Source of the DNA: Planctopirus limnophila DSM 3776
GTDB lineage: Bacteria > Planctomycetota > Planctomycetia > Planctomycetales > Planctomycetaceae
Reading direction: 5' to 3'
Assembly: GCF_000092105.1 (NCBI RefSeq)
Contig: NC_014148.1
Span: 4,620,001-4,652,000, forward strand
DNA: 32,000 nucleotides
Shown here piece by piece: positions 25,245 through 32,000 of the stretch. A program made the translations under genes and the position numbers. Numbering within the stretch: position 1 is the first letter of the stretch; every line of letters starts with the position of its first letter. A model generated the notes under the pieces. That model had not been told where the DNA came from. It did not search any database and worked only from the letters and a program-made list of their open reading frames with translations.

Positions 25245-26751
25245 TCCTCACAGCTTCCGGCATGTGGTCCGTCTTTCTGCCGCCGATCGAACGCGGCAGG
25301 CCACACTCGAATCGTGGCAACGGGCCGATTTCGCAGCCCTCGACCCCGCCTGGCGCAAATTGGCTTTCGGTTCTCGTCCTTCGTTATCACAGGCCGACGC
25401 GACCACTTCGAACGCTCCCCACGTTCTTCGAAGGGCCTATCTCGAGCGACCGCGCGGCCACTCGAAAACCACCGATATCGCTCTCTCCTGCGCCTGGATA
25501 CTCGCCTTCGCGCAGGAACCCGTCACTGGCATTGCAGCGGCTGCTGATCGTGAACAGGCCCAGTTGCTCCTGCAGGCCATTGCGAGGCTCGTGCGTCTCA
25601 ATCCTCACCTGCTGGGCCATCTGCAGGTGCAGCAGGAACGGGTGATCCACACGCACACACGCAGCCGGCTCGATGTCATTTCTTCCGATGTCGCCAGCTC
25701 CTGGGGCCTGCTCCCCGATTTCGTCATCTGTGACGAACTCTGCCACTGGACAAAGCCTGATCTGTGGCATTCGCTCGTTTCTGCATCGGCGAAAAAGCCG
25801 CACACCCTGCTCGCTGTGATGAGTAATGCTGGTGTGGGCCGTACCTGGCAATGGCAGGTTCGCGAGGCTGCCCGCACTTCTCCCGAGTGGTACTTCTCAT
25901 CGCTCCATGGCCCTCAGGCGAGCTGGATTACCCCAGAAACACTGGCCGAGCAGCAGCGTTTGCTCCCCGCGACCGTCTTTGCCCGCTTGTGGCTCAATCA
26001 GTGGCAACAGGCGGAAGGCGACTTCGTCACTCTCGACGAAGCCCGGGCCTGTATCGATCCCTCACTCGCGAGGAAAGAGCATGGTTCACCAGGCATCCAT
26101 TATGTGGCGGCCATCGATTATGCCGAGAAGCACGACTGGACAGTCGCTGTCATTCTGCATGCCGAGGGAGATCGCCTGATTGTCGATCGCATGGATGTCG
26201 CTATTCCACAGCCCGGGCGGCCCACACCTGTCGCGTGGGTCGATAACTGGCTCACCTGGGCAGCGGGTGCCTTTGATGATATTGAGTTCGTGCTCGATGA
26301 ATATCAGTTATTGTCCATCATCCAGCATCGCTCGGCAGAACTCGCACTCGAACGCTTTTCGTTCGCTGGTGGAGCCGGGAATCACGCTCTGGCGATGTTA
26401 TTGCGGCAACTGATTATCGAACGCCGGGTGCTCTGGTACCCCGGTTGCGGCTCACCGCAATTCGATCAACTCGATTTTTCCCACGGGCCCACTCCTGCAG
26501 AAGCGCTGATCAATCCCGAGACGACGACGCAGCCGGGAGATGAGAACGATCTGGCTCAGGAACTGGCGACACTTTTGCTGCGACAGTCGCCTTCGGGCCG
26601 ATTGCGTTTTGACCATCGAAACGAAGCCGGCTTCCACGACGACCGCGCCTTCGCTCTCGCCGCTGCCTGTTTAAAACTGACAAAAACACCCATCTCTCCC
26701 TCCTACTTCGACCTCACCCCACCCACAACCGACGGCACATTCGCCTGGTAA
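25153..26751 (+). CDS. Phage terminase large subunit (Terminase_1/COG4626-like)
   Basis: Contains ERPRGHSKTTD (Walker A-like), DFVICDELCHW (Walker B), MSNAG, and the C-terminal RNase-H-like nuclease motifs AAIDYAEKHDWT and FHDDRAFALAAA. The start is uncertain: ATG at 25153 overlaps terS by 92 nt, and GTG at 25264 is the alternative. Confidence 0.9.
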   Translation: MPISLTAAERQDLISRLNSLRAWQLLISRHNPHSFRHVVRLSAADRTRQATLESWQRADFAALDPAWRKLAFGSRPSLSQADATTSNAPHVLRRAYLERPRGHSKTTDIALSCAWILAFAQEPVTGIAAAADREQAQLLLQAIARLVRLNPHLLGHLQVQQERVIHTHTRSRLDVISSDVASSWGLLPDFVICDELCHWTKPDLWHSLVSASAKKPHTLLAVMSNAGVGRTWQWQVREAARTSPEWYFSSLHGPQASWITPETLAEQQRLLPATVFARLWLNQWQQAEGDFVTLDEARACIDPSLARKEHGSPGIHYVAAIDYAEKHDWTVAVILHAEGDRLIVDRMDVAIPQPGRPTPVAWVDNWLTWAAGAFDDIEFVLDEYQLLSIIQHRSAELALERFSFAGGAGNHALAMLLRQLIIERRVLWYPGCGSPQFDQLDFSHGPTPAEALINPETTTQPGDENDLAQELATLLLRQSPSGRLRFDHRNEAGFHDDRAFALAAACLKLTKTPISPSYFDLTPPTTDGTFAW

Positions 26752-26838
26752 TCGCCGACTTGTTGTGTGCCTGCCAAACGCGGAGGGTCCGCTATGCGGA
26801 CCATATCCCGCGTTCCACTGGTAGCATCTTCATAAGTA

Positions 26839-26857
26839 GGGTGCATGCCAATGCACC
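26839..26857. repeat. Hairpin GGGTGCAT-GCCA-ATGCACC; left member of an inverted pair flanking the NERD gene
   Basis: The 7-bp stem was read directly. The sequence resembles the reverse complement of 27787-27807 (GGGTGCAATGCCAAGTGCATT). Confidence 0.5.
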
Positions 26858-27089
26858 AGTTCGGCCATCCTCTTTATAGCTGACTGGCATCAAATGAAAC
26901 CTTCTCGTCCGGGTGCCACTGTTGGCTCGCCCAGCAGTGCTCGTCAGAAAGTGAGTCGAGGATGTACATGGCCACCCATCGAGACTGATCTTCCACTGGA
27001 AGCGGTTGATGGCAGCTTTGCGGAAAGCTACGGTGGACTAAGGCTTTGCGCAACCCACCAGTTCAGCTCACAGCAACATCAGGCCCCCC

Positions 27090-27776
27090 ATGAGCCATCT
27101 CCGAGGTTGGTTTGGCGAAATCTGCACCCGGCTGGGCCTGTGGCTCAGGCTCCCTTCGCGAACCTACCGCCAGTTCCACAACGTCGTCGTCCCCACCTCC
27201 AACGGCACGACACAGATCGATCACCTGATCGTTTCAACTTACGGCCTCTTCGTCATTGAAACCAAGACCATGAATGGCTGGATCTATGGCAACGAGCAAG
27301 ACAGCCAGTGGACGCAGAAGTTCTATAAAAAATCGTTCCGCTTCCAGAACCCGCTCAAGCAGAACTATCGGCATCTCTGCTGCCTCGAAGAGCACCTGGG
27401 CCTGCCCCGAACCTGCATGCACTCGATTATCTTCTTCATCGGCGACGCGGAACTGAAGACCCCCATGCCCAGCAACGTCCTCACTCACGGCCTGTCGAGC
27501 TATATCCGCTGGCATCGCGAGCCATTATTATCTGAAGACGAAGTGGAGCGGATCATCGCCGCCATCCAGGAACTGAAACGCGATCGCACTCTCAACCACG
27601 CCACCCACATGGCCTCACTCGCAGACCGCCACTCCTCAACCACCCGCTGCCCCAAATGCGGCAACGATCTCATCGAGCGGCAATCCCAACGCGGCCCGAA
27701 TGCCGGCAACACCTTCCTCGGCTGCAAATCCTACCCCCGCTGCCGCTTCACCAGACAACTCTCCCAAGAGCCATAA
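27090..27776 (+). CDS. NERD-domain nuclease fused to a topoisomerase-type C4 zinc ribbon
   Basis: Contains QIDHLIVSTYGLFVIETKTMNGWIYGNEQDSQWTQ (NERD signature) and the C-terminal CPKCGNDLIERQSQRGPNAGNTFLGCKSYPRCR (zf-C4_Topoisom pattern). Confidence 0.9.
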   Translation: MSHLRGWFGEICTRLGLWLRLPSRTYRQFHNVVVPTSNGTTQIDHLIVSTYGLFVIETKTMNGWIYGNEQDSQWTQKFYKKSFRFQNPLKQNYRHLCCLEEHLGLPRTCMHSIIFFIGDAELKTPMPSNVLTHGLSSYIRWHREPLLSEDEVERIIAAIQELKRDRTLNHATHMASLADRHSSTTRCPKCGNDLIERQSQRGPNAGNTFLGCKSYPRCRFTRQLSQEP

Positions 27777-27786
27777 CGCAGCACGG

Positions 27787-27807
27787 AATGCACTTGGCAT
27801 TGCACCC
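27787..27807. repeat. Right member of the inverted hairpin pair flanking the NERD gene
   Basis: AATGCACTTGGCATTGCACCC has the reverse complement GGGTGCAATGCCAAGTGCATT, compared with GGGTGCATGCCAATGCACC at 26839 (two 1-nt indels). Confidence 0.45.
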
Positions 27808-28044
27808 ACACTGGTACGTGGCACACAACATGCCAGAGTGACCCAGCCTTGTTGTCACCGACCTAATTGTATTCCTTAGGCAGAAGACAGTCGGCTACTA
27901 GAGAACGTCTATTGTCCTTCCCTGCCGAAGATCCTCAAGTTCAACTCAGTGAAGCAGAGAGATCCATAACATTTTGCGACGTGGCCATCCCAACAGAAAT
28001 CTGAATCTCAACCCTGACCACCCGACGGAATCAATTGATCATTA

Positions 28045-28251
28045 CTACTCATCGTGAGTAGCTTGATTGCGTGCACAAGGGTGACAAACAACCTCATGTC
28101 TTGGTTTGTCGAGAATGATATCTTCCGGTGCCAATGGTGCCACAGAAGATGGTTGCAAACTTTGCAAAAGGATGTGTCTTTTCCAAATTGGCCATTCTCT
28201 GACCACTGCCGCAGCACGTTCTAGCTTCTCAAGGAATTCGGCATCAGTCAC
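28045..28251 (-). CDS. Small hypothetical protein (68-71 aa) translationally coupled to the deaminase gene
   Basis: The GTG at 28251 has GGGAG 8 nt upstream and overlaps the deaminase stop (GTGACTGA); an alternative GTG is at 28260. The sequence reads (MEKV)TDAEFLEKLERAAAVVREWPIWKRHILLQS... GC content is similarly reduced to that of the deaminase gene. Confidence 0.45.
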   Translation of the reverse strand: MTDAEFLEKLERAAAVVREWPIWKRHILLQSLQPSSVAPLAPEDIILDKPRHEVVCHPCARNQATHDE

Positions 28252-29755
28252 TTTTTCCACTCCCAGTTGCGGCGTTAATTGACTGAAGGAAAAGTGTAGC
28301 CGCCTCCGTTTCGGAATCCAAATAAGAACGCGGCGCCATCTGTATTCTAGAACGAGAATCTTGAATAGACCAGTTTATCTTCTGTCCACTTTCATCATTT
28401 TTGCGCACTAGTGGGTAGCTCGACCCCAGTTGCATGGAGAATAAGTCAAAAAAACGTCGAGGGCCGATTCCGACAAACGGCTCGAATCTCACTCGTCCGT
28501 TCACTTGCTCACTTTTTGTTCCGGGAGGTGCAATTGAGTCGTCGTGAAACTCCAAAGCCTTGCTTTTTGGATATGGTTCAACGTAAACGACTCTCTCAAT
28601 GCCTGCCGCTACAATATGTTTCGCACAATTGTGACAGGGAAACGTAGTGCAGTAAAGTGTTGCTCCAACAGTTGAAACACAATTCCTGGCGCAGCTAAGA
28701 ATTGCTTCCATTTCCGCATGAACAACTCGACCGAATTCAGTCAGATCTCGAATCGGACTACCCTCAAGGCAAGCTGCCACCATCTTAGTATCAACATTAC
28801 ACTTCTGGCCGATTGAATTAGCAATACTGTTAATCATTCTTACCTGTTCAGCTCGATTAGAATCGCCATCCTTCCTCATGTAGTCTCTACCATCTTCCAA
28901 ATCTCGAATACACGGGCCATCATGGCGATCTGGCCAGTACAGACCTCCGCCTGCCTTGGGGCAGTCATTAGCTCCAGTCGAAAGTATCTGCTTATCCTTA
29001 GCGACAACGGCTCCTACCTGCCTCGAAAGATCTGCGGAGCGAAGCGCTGACGAAAACGCCATAAACATTGCATGCTCGTCGAATGTTGGCGTCTGGAAAG
29101 GATTGCCGAACCAGAGATCGACAATACGGTCGATGTCACACGCAAGCTGCGATTGATTAGAAGAGAGATCTATAAAAAAATCGGCCAAATGAAATGTTTT
29201 CCGCAACCTCTGTCCATGCGGATCTTCACTTTCGTCAGCATCACGATCAAGCAGTCGATCAACCTGTTCGGTTGACAACCCCTTACGAGTGAGCTCTTGA
29301 CGCCGATCCTGCTCGCTCTGATGAACACCAATTAGCAGAAAACCGGATGGATAGGTCACCCTTAAAAATTCGACCTCCTCTGGCCGCTTTAGGGAACTGA
29401 TTATAAATGCGGCTTTCTGTTTTGGCTGAATTGTCTCGTTGCTACTCAATCGCCGTGAATATATGTTCGCGACAACACCTTGTGCCAACACTGAGTCACC
29501 GTGCTCCGCCCTTGACTTATTCCCGGCATCCATCATCTTGTTGATTCGGTCGTATTCCGATTTGTACGGCGTATTGTCACCTGACATACGGCTCATCACA
29601 TCGCTAGAAACGCGAATAACTTCAACTGTATAGGAGGCTCTTTCCAGTGACTTTTGTAGATCCCGGATGAATCGATCACTATCTGTCCCTACAGCGTGCA
29701 AAAGTCCAATCATCAACTCAGGATGAAAAGATACAGATGAGTCTACTTTTTCCAT
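28244..29755 (-). CDS. Kinase-like N-terminal domain fused to a dCMP/CMP-type zinc deaminase (AvcD / anti-phage dCTP-deaminase type)
   Basis: The C-terminal half has HAEMEAI and PCHNCAKHIVAAGIERVVYVEPYPKS (the CDA zinc motifs H-A-E and P-C-x-x-C). The N-terminus has PELMIGLLHAVGTDSDRF...YTVEVIRVS and HLADFFID, resembling the nucleotide-kinase-like module of defence deaminases. The ATG at 29755 is preferred over the GTG at 29764. Confidence 0.85.
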   Translation of the reverse strand: MEKVDSSVSFHPELMIGLLHAVGTDSDRFIRDLQKSLERASYTVEVIRVSSDVMSRMSGDNTPYKSEYDRINKMMDAGNKSRAEHGDSVLAQGVVANIYSRRLSSNETIQPKQKAAFIISSLKRPEEVEFLRVTYPSGFLLIGVHQSEQDRRQELTRKGLSTEQVDRLLDRDADESEDPHGQRLRKTFHLADFFIDLSSNQSQLACDIDRIVDLWFGNPFQTPTFDEHAMFMAFSSALRSADLSRQVGAVVAKDKQILSTGANDCPKAGGGLYWPDRHDGPCIRDLEDGRDYMRKDGDSNRAEQVRMINSIANSIGQKCNVDTKMVAACLEGSPIRDLTEFGRVVHAEMEAILSCARNCVSTVGATLYCTTFPCHNCAKHIVAAGIERVVYVEPYPKSKALEFHDDSIAPPGTKSEQVNGRVRFEPFVGIGPRRFFDLFSMQLGSSYPLVRKNDESGQKINWSIQDSRSRIQMAPRSYLDSETEAATLFLQSINAATGSGKSD

Positions 29756-29841
29756 GATCGCCACTTACTAAGATTACCAATTCGACTGAGCTGCTATTGT
29801 GTGCGATTTGAAGGGGTAAGAGCAAGTTGTAAATGTCCAAC

Positions 29842-29883
29842 AAAAAACCGGACTTGCATCAGTGTTAACTGACGAAAGTCCGG
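29842..29883 (-). terminator. Intrinsic terminator of ahcY
   Basis: The minus strand has CCGGACTT...AAGTCCGG (8-bp outer stem with an inner TCAGT/ACTGA stem) followed by TTTTTT. It lies 45 nt after the ahcY stop. Confidence 0.75.
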
Positions 29884-29927
29884 CAATAATTTAGGAAAAT
29901 GCCAAAACAGGCTAGAAGAGGCCACCC

Positions 29928-31280
29928 TTAATACCGATAATGCTCCGGCTTGTACGGGCCTTCAACCGGGATGCCCAGGTATTCGGCCTGCGTTTTGGTC
30001 AGCTTGGTCAGCTTGACGCCGAGCTTTTCCAGGTGGAGGCGGGCGACTTCTTCGTCCAGTTCCTTCGGCAGGCGGTGCACGCCCAGCTCGAACCGGTCGG
30101 TATCCTGCCAGAGTGCCAACTGAGCCATCACCTGATTGGTGAAGCTGTTCGACATCACAAAGCTGGGGTGACCATTGGCACAGCCCAGATTCACCAGACG
30201 ACCTTCGGCCAGGACGATAATGCCCCTGCCATCAGGATACGCATAGCGATCCACAGGGCCGCCTTCGTCCTGATCGCTCTTGATCCGCGTCTTCTTGATA
30301 TCCTTGCGGTTATTCAGGTAGGCGATTTCGATTTCGAGATCGAAGTGCCCAATGTTGCAGACAATCGCGTTGTTCTTCATCACATCGAGATGCTCTGCGC
30401 GGATAATATCCCGGCAACCTGTCGTCGTCACGAAGATGTCGGCATAAGGAGCGACTTCTTCGAGCGTCGTGACCTGGTAGCCTTCCATCGTGGCCTGCAG
30501 CGCACAGATGGGGTCGATTTCTGTGACGATGACGCGGGCTCCCAGGCCCTTCATCGAAGCCGCAGAACCCTTACCCACATCGCCATAACCACAGATGACG
30601 ACGACTTTGCCAGCAACCATCACATCGGTCGCACGCTTGATCCCGTCGGCCAGCGATTCCCGGCAGCCGTAAAGGTTATCGAACTTGCTCTTGGTGCAGC
30701 TGTCGTTCACGTTGATCGCGGGAACACCCAGCTTGCCCTGCTCCATCCGCTGATAGAGCCGATGCACGCCCGTGGTCGTTTCTTCGGAAAGACCCTTAAT
30801 GCCACTCAGCAGCTCGGGGTACTTGTCGTGAACCATGTTGGTGAGGTCGCCACCGTCATCGAGAATGAGGTTCAGCGGCTGACCATCCGGGAAGAAGAGG
30901 GTCTGTTCGATACACCAGTCGAACTCTTCGTTGGTCATCCCCTTCTTGGCGTACACAGGAATACCAGCGGCAGCAATGGCCGCAGCAGCAGTATCTTGCG
31001 TGCTGAAAATGTTGCAGCTCGACCAGGTGACTTCGGCACCCAGGGCGGTCAACGTTTCGATCAGCACAGCGGTCTGAACAGTCATATGCAGGCAGCCGGC
31101 AATGCGGGCCCCGGCCAGTGGCTTGGTGTTGCCGTACTTTTCGCGAAGTGCCATCAGGCCTGGCATTTCGACTTCGGCCAGTTCGATTTCCCTGCGGCCC
31201 AGTTCGGCCAAAGAAATATCCTTGACCCAGTAGGGCAGCTTGTCTGTTTTGGCCTGTTCGTGAAGTGTGGCTGTCGCCAT
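29928..31280 (-). CDS. ahcY: Adenosylhomocysteinase
   Basis: The match to the AhcY pattern runs the full length ([40 protein letters not shown]-binding motif, [17 protein letters not shown]-terminus). GAGGA lies 9 nt upstream of the ATG at 31280. Confidence 0.95.
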   Translation of the reverse strand: MATATLHEQAKTDKLPYWVKDISLAELGRREIELAEVEMPGLMALREKYGNTKPLAGARIAGCLHMTVQTAVLIETLTALGAEVTWSSCNIFSTQDTAAAAIAAAGIPVYAKKGMTNEEFDWCIEQTLFFPDGQPLNLILDDGGDLTNMVHDKYPELLSGIKGLSEETTTGVHRLYQRMEQGKLGVPAINVNDSCTKSKFDNLYGCRESLADGIKRATDVMVAGKVVVICGYGDVGKGSAASMKGLGARVIVTEIDPICALQATMEGYQVTTLEEVAPYADIFVTTTGCRDIIRAEHLDVMKNNAIVCNIGHFDLEIEIAYLNNRKDIKKTRIKSDQDEGGPVDRYAYPDGRGIIVLAEGRLVNLGCANGHPSFVMSNSFTNQVMAQLALWQDTDRFELGVHRLPKELDEEVARLHLEKLGVKLTKLTKTQAEYLGIPVEGPYKPEHYRY

Positions 31281-31575
31281 AAGTCGAATTCCTCGCAAAT
31301 AGAATCAAAATGTGGCCAATCCCATGACCACTCAAAACGGCAAATCGACCGTCGAAGAAAATTCCCCGTTGATCGCGATTACAGAAGTATAGCGTGATCG
31401 ACTCGTGAGTGGAATTTCGCTTTCATTTCGAAGTTGCCGGAACGCCCCACTGTTGCCAAGATGCATCATTTGCCACTTGAAAAATGAATCCGCCGGATGA
31501 CTCATCAGCGTTTAATGATTCGAGTGGTGCTATCCAAATCGATCGACTTCTGCATCATTTTTTGAAGAAGACTCC

Positions 31576-32000
31576 ATGTACGCAGAAATTTTGGCTGTCG
31601 GGTCTGAGCTGACAACGGGTGCCAAGCTCGACACCAACAGCCAGTGGCTGAGCCTGGCGCTGGCCGATCTGGGCATCTCGGTTTTGTTTCATACGACCGT
31701 CGCCGACGAACTCGACTGGATGGTGGCTGCACTCAAAATCGCCGCCGAGCGGGTTGATGTGATCATCATCACAGGTGGCCTGGGGCCCACTCTCGATGAT
31801 CTGACTCGTGAAGCCGCCGCACGATGTGTCGACGTCCCGCTGGTGGTCGATGAGCATTCACTGGCACAAATCAAGGCCATGTTCGCCCGGCGCAAGCGAG
31901 ACATGCCCGAACGGAATGTGATTCAGGCCCAGTTTCCTCAGGGAGCCGAACCCATTCCCAACGCCCGCGGCACAGCCCCCGGCTTCTGGATGGAAATCCC
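31576..32000 (+). CDS. cinA: CinA-family competence/damage-inducible protein, N-terminal MoCF-binding domain (partial; continues beyond the window)
   Basis: Hand translation from the ATG at 31576 gives MYAEILAVGSELTTGAKLDTNSQWLSLALADLGISVLFHTTVADE...VIIITGGLGPTLDDLTREAAA...NARGTAPGFWMEI, which is the classic CinA N-terminus. Confidence 0.9.
   Translation, partial: MYAEILAVGSELTTGAKLDTNSQWLSLALADLGISVLFHTTVADELDWMVAALKIAAERVDVIIITGGLGPTLDDLTREAAARCVDVPLVVDEHSLAQIKAMFARRKRDMPERNVIQAQFPQGAEPIPNARGTAPGFWMEI

Noticed and set aside
29940-31397. 485-aa plus-strand ORF, the longest ORF in this region
   Set aside because: It is exactly antisense to the unmistakable ahcY gene. Its low-complexity, R/G/D-rich sequence has no motifs, which is typical of a shadow ORF in GC-rich coding DNA.
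31281-31575. SAH riboswitch upstream of ahcY
   Set aside because: I could not find the conserved SAH-riboswitch core (GAGGAGCGCUGC ... GCUCAGGA-type segments) on the minus strand by eye. This cannot be excluded without cmscan.

Overview
This is a 32-kb chromosomal segment that looks like a Planctomycetota genome. That call is inference only, based on roughly 55-62% GC in hand-counted backbone lines, many Tat, lipoprotein and secreted proteins, and a Rho with a long disordered N-terminus. The housekeeping backbone comprises holA, coaE-rho (ATGA-coupled), ribH-nusB, ahcY and cinA. It also carries an AMP-dependent ligase, a PIG-L/LmbE deacetylase, an EEP-family phosphoesterase and a Tat-exported PQQ-like beta-propeller. 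The backbone is peppered with short repeats: a ~160-bp MITE-like element with hairpin-forming ~40-nt inverted ends (4 full copies plus 1 solo arm), a REP-like hairpin family, a third short repeat, and a non-coding 4.5 x 89-bp tandem array. Two accessory regions stand out. (i) An AT-rich single-gene island at ~8.1-9.8 kb (32-38% GC in sampled lines) encodes a 525-aa protein with a C-terminal PD-(D/E)xK nuclease motif and sits beside a ~0.5-kb ORF-poor, hairpin-rich stretch that ends in an intrinsic terminator. (ii) An island at ~21.3-29.9 kb carries a C1 peptidase and a secreted thioredoxin-fold protein. It also has an ABC-type ATPase ORF joined to a start-less GNAT-like ORF across an A9 / A_AAA_AAG slippery tract, and an orphan terS-terL pair with no phage structural genes. 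It ends with a NERD + topoisomerase-type Zn-ribbon nuclease and an AvcD/dCTP-deaminase-type kinase-deaminase fusion with an overlapping small downstream ORF. All family calls come from motifs read by eye in the supplied translations or hand translations; no database or HMM search was possible. I recognised no tRNA, rRNA or CRISPR array.
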